A stretch of 64,000 nt of DNA from Chthoniobacteraceae bacterium (lineage in GTDB: Bacteria > Verrucomicrobiota > Verrucomicrobiia > Chthoniobacterales > Chthoniobacteraceae), in the NCBI GenBank assembly GCA_040081625.1, contig JBEBGD010000018.1:1-64000 (forward strand), in the 5' to 3' direction. Made by a program: the position numbers and the translations under genes. Below, piece by piece: positions 46,450 through 58,845 of this stretch; position 1 is the stretch's first letter, and every line of letters starts with the position of its first letter. Under the pieces are notes generated by a model. It saw only the letters and a program-made list of their open reading frames with translations. It was not told where the DNA came from and searched no databases.

Positions 46450-49400
46450 TTACGGACGCTTGACGTTGAGCCGCATGAAACGTTGCGGCCCCGCGCCGAG
46501 GGGCACGATGTCCTTGATGACGAGCGTCTCCCAGCCGAGCTCCGGCATGTCGGGAATCGCCTCGATCTGGTTTTGCGGATTCAGCGGATCGAGCGCGGTC
46601 CACGGACCGGTGAGTGAGCCCGAGACTTCGACTGCGATCACCACGCCGGTCGCATCGATCCGCCGCGCGAAAGTGAGGGTGAGGAATTCCTGGGCGTCGA
46701 TGATCGCGGTGCCGGCGATCGGTTTGCCGGAGGCATCGTGCGTGTTCAGTTGAAGACCGAGCGCATACTCGACGAGGTTCGCCATGCCATCGCGGTCCAG
46801 GTCGGCGGTGTCGGCGAGATTCGCCGGCTGATTGTAGCCGAGCAGCCACGACTGGTAGGTCATCAATCCGGTCGAGTGTCCGGTGCTCCCGCCCGCCGTG
46901 GCGCCGACCGTGAGCGACCACGCGGAGTCGCCCGTCGCGCTCGCCGCGCGGATCCGGTATTCATAGGCGACACCGAGCGAGGTCGTCGTGTCGGTGAAGC
47001 TCGTTGCGTCTGGCGCCGTCGTTTGCAGCAGCGCGAACGTGCCGCCGACCGGGCGGCGCTCGATCTGGAATCCCGTCTCGGTGCTGCTGTTGTCGATCCA
47101 CGTGAGGTCGATGTTCGCGCTCGCGACCACGGCTGCGGCGGTGGCGAAGGACGGGCGCGTGGGCAGGGGTGAGGCGTAGGTCACTTCGAGTGTCGGCGGT
47201 GGCAGCGTGGGGTGCTCCCTTGATGCGAAGTCGATCGCTGCCGCTGTCGTGGTGGTGTTCATGCCGAGCGTGACGATGCCGTTCGCGCCCTTGTTTGCCT
47301 CGATCGTGCTGGCGGTGACGCTGATGCCCATCACCGCACCGGGCGACGGCACTGCGAGCGGATCGCTAATGAAGATGGAGCCCACGGTGAACGTGCCGGA
47401 GAGGAAGGAAGTGCCGGTGGTCTGGTTGAGCGGCGCGTTGTCCCACGTGATCGTCGATTCGCTCCACGCGTCCGCGGATTCGGGGAACATGCGCAAGCTG
47501 CCGGAGAAGCTGTAGCCGGACTGCGCGAAGTTGCGCGTCTCGGCGACGGCGAGCCGGAGCATGGCGGTTTTCAAGCTCGCCGTGACACTGTTCAAGTCGA
47601 AGCGCAGATACATTTTCGAGGCCGCCGCGAGCGAACCGCCGGAGCCGAGTCCCGCCACCGTGAGCACGGGATCGGCGCCGAAATTTGCGCCGGGCGCGCT
47701 CGCCCGCACGGGCGCGTCGCCGCTGGCGGCGTTGTCCTCGGTGGTGAAGCTCGCGACGACATCCGCCGGTGGAGTCGTGACACGCAGCACGCTCGAGAGC
47801 GCGCTGTTGCCCGAGGCGTTGAAGGCGTAGATGCGATATTCGTAGCCGGTGTCCTGCGCGACGCCGTCGTCGTTGAAGGCGAGCGTGGCCGCGGGCAGGT
47901 CCACGATCTGCGAGAAGGTCCCGTTTTCTGCCCGCCGCTCGATGCGATAGCCGGCTGCCGACGTGCCCGCAGTCCATGTGAGTGCGATGCGCGTGGGCGA
48001 GGGCTGCGTGAGCGCGAAGTCGCCCGGAGCGCCCGGCACGCTGATCGCGGTGAAGGTGATGTTTTGGAAACTCGCTGTCTGGAAATTGGCCGAGTAGGTC
48101 GTGCTCGAGGGCACGTCGGAGTGATGAAACAATCCCCACTGCGCGTTCGTATTCATCGGGACCGTGGCAGTGCCGAGGCTGGTCCAGGCGACGCCGTTCG
48201 GGGAGCATTCGGAGGTGAAGCTGTTGCCCGCCCGCGTGATGCGGAGCCATTGCGGCGTGACGTTGGCGAGCGCGTCGCCGGTGATGACAGCCGTGCCGTT
48301 CGTGGTCGTGCGATAGACGAGCTTCGAGCCGTAGCTGGTGCTGCTGCTCGTCGCCGTGCCGGCCATCAATGCGCCGCCGGCTGTCCCGTTTTCGCGGATC
48401 ATGATCGCGTAGCGCGCGCCGGACTGCGCGGGCAATGCGGCGGGCACGAAGGCGGTCATCACGCCGTCGCCGGTGCGCGGCTGGTAGATGAACTGCCCGG
48501 CTTCCGAAGTCGCCGCGGTGGCGAGGCCGGAGCCGCCGATCGTCGTCGAGCCGATGCCGCCTTCGCCTTCCACGGCTGGCGACGAATTCGAGACGCTGCC
48601 GATGATCGACTGAGTCCACGGCGCAGGCAGGGTTGCCGCCGTGTCCTCGATGAGCACCGCGATGGCATTGTAAGTGCCGATGCCGGTCCCGCTCGACGGG
48701 CTGCTGAGGGTGAGGCGGAACTGCCGCGCCTGCTGCGGCGGACCGTTGTCGATGATCGCCACCTCGATCATCTTCGTGCCCGACTCGCCGTCGGCCCATG
48801 TGACCGTGCCATTCGTCGCGATGTAGTGCGTGTCGGCGATGGCCGAGCTGTTGGCGGTCGCGTAGTTCACGCTCACCGCGCCGTTCACGCCGCCGAATCG
48901 CTTCACCGGGATCGATGCGGTGATGATCGTCTTGGCCACCTTCATCGTCGTGGTCTCGAACTCGTAGAATCCCGGGATCGCCTCGAAGGACGCCTCGCCG
49001 CTGGGGATCGAATCGCCACCCGCGCCGGTGGCGACGACGCGGTAGTAATAGACGTTGTTGTTCGTGAACGGGCCGGTGTCGGTGAACACCGTCGAGCCTG
49101 CGGCGACGATCGTGAGTGGCGTGAAGCTGCCGGCTGCGCCCGCCTTTCGCTCGATGCGGTAGGCGGCGGCGCCCTGTGCCTGGTCGATCCATGTGAGCTG
49201 CGCGTTCACGGCGCTGGTGTGGGCGACGGCGAGGCGCGTGGCGTTCAGCGGCGGTGCAGTCGCGGTCGCGTTCACGGCGAGCGTCGCCATATCGCCCTGG
49301 CTGAGATTCTCATACGTGCCGCCGGGCGAGGTCTCGAGCTTCAGCGTGCGGACCATGTAGGTGTAGGTCTGCGCGGGCGTCGCGGTGGTGTCGGTGAAGG

Positions 49401-51063
49401 CCGGGTTGGCGAGCGGCGTCGGCGTGAGGCGTGTGGATGGGCCGGCGGATGTCGCCGCGCGATAGACGTGGTAGCCGAGCAGCGCCGGTTCGGTCGATGC
49501 GCTCCACGCGAGCGTCACCGCGCCATTCGCGCTCGTCGCGGTGAGATCGCGCGGCGGCTCGACGATGTGCATGCGCAACGCGGGATCGCCGAGCAAGCCG
49601 CAGTGCGTTCCGCCGCCCGCGTAGTTGATCGGCGTGTAGATCGGGTTGCTGATGGCGCTGAACTGCGAGTTCATCGACTGGCGGATCGCGTAGCCGAGCG
49701 TGTCGCCCATGCTCATGTGGTGCATGAACCACGTCGGGCGTCCCGCCCAGAAATTGCACAGCGCGAGGCTGTCGCCCGTGGCATTGCCGGCGATCGGCGC
49801 GCGCAGGAAATTGTTCGTCACATCCCAGTCGCCGAAGTAGCTCCCGAAGAGTGTGGTAAAGACCGCCTTGAACGGCCGTCGGCCGAAGTCCGCCGTCGCG
49901 CCGACCGAACTGCACGTCTCGTAGCTGCCGCCGCCGTTGCCGTTCGCCATCAGATACGTATTCGTCGCGGCGTGCGTCCACCAGTTGCCGGATGGCGCCT
50001 CGTCGATCGTGACTTCCGGCGGACGGCCCACGGTCGTGAAGGCCCACGCCCAGCCCGTGCGCATGAATGATTCGCTGCCGAACGTGCCGAAGCCATCGCG
50101 GATCAATACGCGGCGTTCGATGTTCGCGTAGGCGCCCTGCTTGTAACGGAAATCGTGCGCCCGGCGCAGGTATCGGCGCAGCAGCGAGATCTCCGACGCG
50201 GCGGTGGAAGGCGCGCGCTGCATGTTCACGAGATCGACGCGACCGACCATCAGCTCGAGCGGCGAGGGGATCGTCGATTGATCGAGCCGTCCGTCGCCGG
50301 GGACGTTCGTGAGTCGCACGTTGGTCGTGACGGAGTTGTTCACGGTCGAGTCCGTCCAGTTCCCATCCATGTCGCCGTAATAGCCATCCGCCGACCACGC
50401 GCCGCTGTGGTTGCCGTGGCCGTCCCACGCCGAGTTGCCGGCATACGGCACCGGCACATGGCCGATGATATAGACCTGCTTCACGTTCGTCGGATCGGCG
50501 TCGTAGGCCGCCTTGATCAGCGCTTTCGTATCCGCCGCCGCCGTCGCATCTGTCACCGAGTCCCGGCGCGGCGCGGCGATGGTCTGCACCGTCCAGCCAT
50601 CGGCGGCGAGGTCCTGCTGGAGCTGGGCGATCTCCGGCCCGAGCGGCCCGAGCATCGTGTCATCGATGAGCAGCAGGAATACTCCGCGGCTCTCGACCAT
50701 CGGCAGATTCACTCCCGCATTGATGTAGCCGATCGCGGTGTTCGGCGAGATCGATGCGTAGGTGCGCCGCATCCAGTATTCGTATTCGACTCCCGGCACC
50801 GCCGTGTCGTCCGCCCAGCTCGTGTCCGCCGTGCCCAGCGTCGCCAGTTGCGTCCCCCAAGCCGTCTCGCCCTTGAGCCGCCGGAAGACGACCTGCGCGG
50901 TAATATTGGCTGCCTGCCTCAGCGACCACGTCAGCGTGATGTGCGGAGGAGTGGGCGAGACATCCGCCTTCAGGTCGATGGCGAAATCGCGAGGCGTCTG
51001 CGCATTCAGCACACCCCACGGCAGCAGCGCGGCGAGAGCGATGAGGAATGAACGGGGGTTCAT
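46450..51063 (-). CDS. Large secreted multidomain protein: C25/gingipain-like domain, several FN3 domains, Calx-beta, DNRLRE/CBM-like domain, Verrucomicrobia-type C-terminal domain
   Basis: Start MNPRSFLIALAALL (the ORF track extends it to 51447). YIIGHVPVPY…DGYYGDMDG…VGRVD; repeated LTWxD…IERR…YRIRA FN3 motifs; SVNYATANSSAIADTHY; YLRFDL…WSESTITWDNAP; DLDRDGMANLVEYALG…FMRLNV. Confidence 0.85.
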   Translation of the reverse strand: MNPRSFLIALAALLPWGVLNAQTPRDFAIDLKADVSPTPPHITLTWSLRQAANITAQVVFRRLKGETAWGTQLATLGTADTSWADDTAVPGVEYEYWMRRTYASISPNTAIGYINAGVNLPMVESRGVFLLLIDDTMLGPLGPEIAQLQQDLAADGWTVQTIAAPRRDSVTDATAAADTKALIKAAYDADPTNVKQVYIIGHVPVPYAGNSAWDGHGNHSGAWSADGYYGDMDGNWTDSTVNNSVTTNVRLTNVPGDGRLDQSTIPSPLELMVGRVDLVNMQRAPSTAASEISLLRRYLRRAHDFRYKQGAYANIERRVLIRDGFGTFGSESFMRTGWAWAFTTVGRPPEVTIDEAPSGNWWTHAATNTYLMANGNGGGSYETCSSVGATADFGRRPFKAVFTTLFGSYFGDWDVTNNFLRAPIAGNATGDSLALCNFWAGRPTWFMHHMSMGDTLGYAIRQSMNSQFSAISNPIYTPINYAGGGTHCGLLGDPALRMHIVEPPRDLTATSANGAVTLAWSASTEPALLGYHVYRAATSAGPSTRLTPTPLANPAFTDTTATPAQTYTYMVRTLKLETSPGGTYENLSQGDMATLAVNATATAPPLNATRLAVAHTSAVNAQLTWIDQAQGAAAYRIERKAGAAGSFTPLTIVAAGSTVFTDTGPFTNNNVYYYRVVATGAGGDSIPSGEASFEAIPGFYEFETTTMKVAKTIITASIPVKRFGGVNGAVSVNYATANSSAIADTHYIATNGTVTWADGESGTKMIEVAIIDNGPPQQARQFRLTLSSPSSGTGIGTYNAIAVLIEDTAATLPAPWTQSIIGSVSNSSPAVEGEGGIGSTTIGGSGLATAATSEAGQFIYQPRTGDGVMTAFVPAALPAQSGARYAIMIRENGTAGGALMAGTATSSSTSYGSKLVYRTTTNGTAVITGDALANVTPQWLRITRAGNSFTSECSPNGVAWTSLGTATVPMNTNAQWGLFHHSDVPSSTTYSANFQTASFQNITFTAISVPGAPGDFALTQPSPTRIALTWTAGTSAAGYRIERRAENGTFSQIVDLPAATLAFNDDGVAQDTGYEYRIYAFNASGNSALSSVLRVTTPPADVVASFTTEDNAASGDAPVRASAPGANFGADPVLTVAGLGSGGSLAAASKMYLRFDLNSVTASLKTAMLRLAVAETRNFAQSGYSFSGSLRMFPESADAWSESTITWDNAPLNQTTGTSFLSGTFTVGSIFISDPLAVPSPGAVMGISVTASTIEANKGANGIVTLGMNTTTTAAAIDFASREHPTLPPPTLEVTYASPLPTRPSFATAAAVVASANIDLTWIDNSSTETGFQIERRPVGGTFALLQTTAPDATSFTDTTTSLGVAYEYRIRAASATGDSAWSLTVGATAGGSTGHSTGLMTYQSWLLGYNQPANLADTADLDRDGMANLVEYALGLQLNTHDASGKPIAGTAIIDAQEFLTLTFARRIDATGVVIAVEVSGSLTGPWTALDPLNPQNQIEAIPDMPELGWETLVIKDIVPLGAGPQRFMRLNVKRP

Positions 51064-51287
51064 GCGGGAGCAGAGGGAGCGAGGGGCGAAGACAGATACC
51101 GCAGCGCGGCAGGCGGGCAATCTTGATCTCGCTGGATCCCTCGGTGCGTTTCCGTGGCCGAGGTGCGCGACTTTCTTGTTTCGATCATCAGACATCGAAC
51201 ACATCTCCGGATGAGGGCGACGCACTTTTCTCCTCACACTACCGATGCGCGGAGACTTAACAGCGTGACCATCTCGACGCGAACACC

Positions 51288-52550
51288 ATGACACACCCCT
51301 CTTTACCCAATCGACGCCGGTTCCTCGGAGCCACTGCGACCACCATGGGCGGCCTCTTGCTGCCTGACACCACGAAGCTGATCGCCGCACCCGCGGACGT
51401 GGCTTCGACGGACCACTTCTGGTATCGGCTCGCGCCGTCGGGGCCATACATCGACTCGCAACGCGACCACAAAGCCTTCGGCTTCGGCAGCGGGAAAATT
51501 TTCCTCTCCGAGGACAACGGCGCGACCTGGCCGCACAGCGCGGAGTTTGCCGAAGCGGAGAACATCACCTGGAGTGTCATCCTGAAAAACGGGAACATCC
51601 TCTTCGCCACGCGGGCGCAGCTCTTTTTGAGCACCGACAATATCAAAACGCACCGCGCCATCACGGTGAAGAATCCCGAAGGCAGCGATTACCTCCCGCA
51701 TACGCCGAGGAATCCGGATCAGCCCGGCTGGTATTTCCATTCGCTCGACGGCGAGCACACGTGGGATGTGAACGGCAGGGAGATGCTCGTGTGGGGAAAC
51801 TATTGCAACGTCCTCGGCGGCCCGGTGCCGGTGAACATCTACTACTCCACCGACAGCGGGCAGACGGTGAAGATTGCGTATTCGTTTGGGCAGAATCCCA
51901 AGTTTCAGGAGAAGGATGCGGAGCCAGGAAAGCTCCTGGGCAATGCCAGCAACAAGCTCATCTGCCGCCACATTCACAGCGTGGCCTACAACCCCGCCGA
52001 GAACGCGTTTTACGCCTGCACGGGCGATATCGACCGGACACACGGGAATGAATGCCACTGGCTGCGCGGCACCTACGACGCGAAGGCCGACACGTGGGAT
52101 TGGAAGCCGCTGATCTCCGTGAACTCCGACTCGCGCTTCAAGTCCGGCGGCATCAATTTCGTCGATGGCAGGCTCTACTGGGTGGCCGATGCGAACGGCC
52201 CCAAGGTCGGGCCCGCGCATGATCGTGGCATCTTCGCCTGCGCTCCGGCCGACCTCACAAAGAAGGAGGCGCACACGCTGCTGTTCAATCCCGGCTTCGA
52301 ATCCGCGAACATGATCATCCAGGACGGCGTGATGATCGCCTCACATTGCGCGCCTGCATCGACCTACGACTGCGGCTTCATCTACTCGCCCGACATGGGC
52401 AAGACGTGGGCGCAATACGACCTCAAGGAGTTCGGCCCACGATCAGGCTGCCGCTTTCACCAAAAGAACAGTGATGGCTGGTTCCGGGTCGATCTGCGAA
52501 AAGGCTGGATCGAGCGCGGGACGGTGCTGTTCATCAAGCCGAAGGTCTGA
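51288..52550 (+). CDS. Tat-exported BNR/Asp-box beta-propeller protein (sialidase-like fold)
   Basis: NRRRFL Tat motif; Asp boxes SEDNGATW, STDSGQTV and SPDMGKTW; RHIH motif. Confidence 0.8.
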   Translation: MTHPSLPNRRRFLGATATTMGGLLLPDTTKLIAAPADVASTDHFWYRLAPSGPYIDSQRDHKAFGFGSGKIFLSEDNGATWPHSAEFAEAENITWSVILKNGNILFATRAQLFLSTDNIKTHRAITVKNPEGSDYLPHTPRNPDQPGWYFHSLDGEHTWDVNGREMLVWGNYCNVLGGPVPVNIYYSTDSGQTVKIAYSFGQNPKFQEKDAEPGKLLGNASNKLICRHIHSVAYNPAENAFYACTGDIDRTHGNECHWLRGTYDAKADTWDWKPLISVNSDSRFKSGGINFVDGRLYWVADANGPKVGPAHDRGIFACAPADLTKKEAHTLLFNPGFESANMIIQDGVMIASHCAPASTYDCGFIYSPDMGKTWAQYDLKEFGPRSGCRFHQKNSDGWFRVDLRKGWIERGTVLFIKPKV

Positions 52551-52949
52551 GCGCTCCCCGCGCTTCCCGACGATCTCCTGGTGAGCACGTAGCGAGTTCG
52601 GCCCGGACATGCGATACTGGCGCATGACGAACAACCCTGAACCCGATGGGATGTCGATCGTGAGAAAAGCCCGGCGCATCCATCAAAGAGCGAGTCAACT
52701 GCTCCAGGAAGCAGCCGCGTTTGAGCAGTTGAGATTGCTCACCCGCAAAAAGATTCACTACAGGCGCAGGTAAGCTCGCGGCTCGTCCTGCTCCGCCTGC
52801 TGAGCCCCGTGTCGGCCGATGAACCATTCCCTCAAGTTCATCATCTCGGTCTGCACTTCTTCCTCCGTCGGATGGAGATCCTTCACCTCGATCTGCTGCT
52901 TAACGACACTCAGAGGCAGCCTCGGGGTGGCGCTGTTCGTGTTGATCGA

Positions 52950-53750
52950 TCATTCCCCGCTCTCGCGAACGCTATCGGACAATCGAAAGATCTCGGTGCT
53001 ACCCGGTCCGCGCCGGCGCCACAGCCACACTCCACCACGCATTCCGAGTTCGTTCGACACCAGAGTCACATCGGGCAGGCGTTTTAGCTTCACGAGTCTT
53101 GCGTTGCCGCCTCCGATATAGAGGTGGTTGAAGTGCGTCAGCTCCCGCAGAACCTCGATGGCTCTGGCGACGTGGCGATTCCATTTTTGTTTGCCATGCT
53201 TCTTGAGCGCCTTGTTCCCGAGTTCCTCCTCATAGGTCTTTCCTTTTCTGAACGGATGGTGCGCCAGCTCCAGATGCGCTGACAACCGACCATCTTCAAA
53301 CAGGCTCGACCCCATCCCGGTTCCCAAGGTGATGGCCAGTTCGACTCCTTTTCCGCTAATTGCGCCAAGCCCTTGAATGTCAGCGTCGTTGAGGACACGC
53401 ACGGGTTTGCCGAGCTTTTCCGTCAAGGCGAGATCCAGATCGAATCCTCTCCACGCCTTCGTGCCGAGGTTGTGTGCAGTCACGATCTTTCCACGACGCA
53501 CCACACCGGGAAAACCGACCGAAACCCGATCATACGTGAACGGGGCCACCAGCTTTGTCAGCAACCCGATCATGCGCTTGGGCGAACAATCGGCAGGAGT
53601 TTCCACACGCATTCGATCCGTGATCATCTCACCGTCATGATCGAGCACGGCGGCTTTCAATCCTGTGCCACCGATGTCGATCGCAAGAGTCTTTAGGCGT
53701 GAGTCATTGCTGACTGCTTTGTGCTCGGCGGGATTCTTCGGAGTCTTCAT
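52950..53750 (-). CDS. ppgK: ROK family polyphosphate glucokinase-like kinase
   Basis: AIDIGGTGLK, GFPGVV, LNDADIQG, TLGTGMGS, ELAH and YIGGGN. Confidence 0.82.
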   Translation of the reverse strand: MKTPKNPAEHKAVSNDSRLKTLAIDIGGTGLKAAVLDHDGEMITDRMRVETPADCSPKRMIGLLTKLVAPFTYDRVSVGFPGVVRRGKIVTAHNLGTKAWRGFDLDLALTEKLGKPVRVLNDADIQGLGAISGKGVELAITLGTGMGSSLFEDGRLSAHLELAHHPFRKGKTYEEELGNKALKKHGKQKWNRHVARAIEVLRELTHFNHLYIGGGNARLVKLKRLPDVTLVSNELGMRGGVWLWRRRGPGSTEIFRLSDSVRESGE

Positions 53751-53887
53751 GTGGGCTGTGGTTGAGTTCAGCGAGTTCTGACTCCCTTGGGCCTTGATGG
53801 GAAGCGAAGATCATCGCGATGTCGCCTGGCAGGAAAGTGCGGACCCGCCCTTGCCGGGGAGGGTAGTCGCCCGCACGTTGCGGGTTC

Positions 53888-57367
<3,480 letters not shown>

Positions 57368-57374
57368 GCCGTGC

Positions 57375-57402
57375 TTGTCGCTCGGCCTTCGCCCGCTAGC
57401 CT
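57375..57402 (+). promoter_or_regulatory. Possible sigma70 promoter TTGTCG-N16-TAGCCT, near-leaderless
   Basis: Ends 6 nt before GTG 57409; no Shine-Dalgarno in between. Confidence 0.35.
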
Positions 57403-57408
57403 GCCCGC

Positions 57409-58845
57409 GTGAACCGCGCCTGGTCGCTCGCCGACGTCATCGATTTTGAAGCTCACGTCTCTCGCGATGGCGACGAGCCGGGCGACCGTCGCATCTTCGA
57501 GGAGAAGATCGCGCCACTCGGTGTGCGCGACCGGCGCGAGGTTTTTCACGCATGGCTCGAGGCGCGCCGTGCGGAAGCGGGCGCGGAACAGCCGGGCGAG
57601 CAGTTCCTCACCGGCTGGCACACGTTGCTCACGGTCGCAGTCGTCGCGGGTTTGCTGATCGGCGGACTCGTCGCCTCGCCCGCACTGATCTATCGCGGGC
57701 AGGAGCCGGTGAACGTCGTCGGTTTCCTCGCATGCACGCTCGGCTTGCAATGGGCGCTGATGCTCGGCGCGCTGGTGCTCGGGTTGATGCGTCGCGCCTC
57801 GCTTCTGCCCACGCGCTGGCGTCCGCTCCAGGCGCTCGTGCGCGCGCTGCTCGTGGCGATCGGCGCGGGGCTGAGGCGGCTGCCGGGCGATCAGCGCCTG
57901 CAACTCGGCGCGATCTTCGGACGGCTCGATCGGCGGCGGGAAATCTACGGCTCGCTCGCCATCTGGCCGCTGCTCGTCAGCACGCAGCTCTTCGCCGTGT
58001 GCTTCAATGTCGGCGTGCTCACGACGCTGCTCTGGCGTGTGGCCGCGCACGAGCAGCGCTTCGGCTGGCAGACCACACTCGATATCGACTCGGAGCGCGC
58101 GGGCCGCATGGTCGCGACATTCGCCGCGCCGTGGCAATGGGCGCCGAACGCACACCCGAGCGTCGATCAGGTCAGCGCGACACGCTACGCGCCGCACCAG
58201 TCGCACGCGACGCTGCCAGCCGACGCGATGCGCGCGTGGTGGCCGTTTCTCTTTTGGTCCGTCGGCTTTTACGGCCTCGCCGTGCGCGGCGCGCTGCTGG
58301 CCTGTGCGGCGCTCAAGCTGCGCCTCGCCTTGCGCGCGCTGCGGTTCGACCACGCCGAGGCGAATGCGCTCTGGCGCAGGCTCCGCGGTCCGCTCGTGAG
58401 ATCGGCCGAGTCTTCGCCTCCGCCCGGCGACACGCCGGACTCGGCACCGCCGGGCCAAAGACACGAAGGTGCGTGCCTGGGACTCGTCTCGCACGAACTC
58501 ACGCTCGCTGAGGGCGCACTCCGCGAGCAGCTCGCGCGATCCTTTCGCTTGCAGCTCGTGAAGATGCTGCCGGTGAAGATCGACCAGCGCCACGCGTGCG
58601 CGGCGCAGCTCGCCGCGGTGCGCGAGGCTGCGCCGGTGAATGTCGTCGTTGTGATCCCCTCGGACCGCGACCCGATCGTCGCGATCACGCTTTTCCTCAG
58701 CGAAGTCGCCGCCGCTGCCAGCGCGGAAGGCAGCGTGCTCGTGCTGCTCTCGGAGACGATCGATACTGGGCGCACGAAGCTGTGGCGCGACTTCGCCGCG
58801 CGCGAGCGGCTGCGTGTCGATGTCGAGGAATGGAGGACGGCATGA
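57409..58845 (+). CDS. DUF2868-like membrane protein
   Basis: LADVIDFE start, PVNV, FGWQTTL and AWWPFL motifs with several TM helices; adjacent to the GTPase partner typical of this family. Confidence 0.7.
   Translation: MNRAWSLADVIDFEAHVSRDGDEPGDRRIFEEKIAPLGVRDRREVFHAWLEARRAEAGAEQPGEQFLTGWHTLLTVAVVAGLLIGGLVASPALIYRGQEPVNVVGFLACTLGLQWALMLGALVLGLMRRASLLPTRWRPLQALVRALLVAIGAGLRRLPGDQRLQLGAIFGRLDRRREIYGSLAIWPLLVSTQLFAVCFNVGVLTTLLWRVAAHEQRFGWQTTLDIDSERAGRMVATFAAPWQWAPNAHPSVDQVSATRYAPHQSHATLPADAMRAWWPFLFWSVGFYGLAVRGALLACAALKLRLALRALRFDHAEANALWRRLRGPLVRSAESSPPPGDTPDSAPPGQRHEGACLGLVSHELTLAEGALREQLARSFRLQLVKMLPVKIDQRHACAAQLAAVREAAPVNVVVVIPSDRDPIVAITLFLSEVAAAASAEGSVLVLLSETIDTGRTKLWRDFAARERLRVDVEEWRTA

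Noticed and set aside
41331..46463. Long antisense or alternative-frame ORFs (e.g. 1710 aa at 41331, 1069 aa at 35082, 1000 aa at 58269, 897 aa at 10683)
   Set aside because: Arg/Ala-rich shadow frames of real genes, expected in high-GC DNA; no recognisable motifs.
51180..51199. TTCGAT-N8-ATCGAA palindrome in the divergent intergenic region
   Set aside because: Single copy and no adjacent regulator; could be chance.
52758..52952. ppgK TGA followed by a 63-codon open frame, as a second Sec read-through
   Set aside because: The kinase domain is already complete, there is no Cys or redox context, and only a weak 4-bp hairpin follows. Treated as a possible gene remnant instead.
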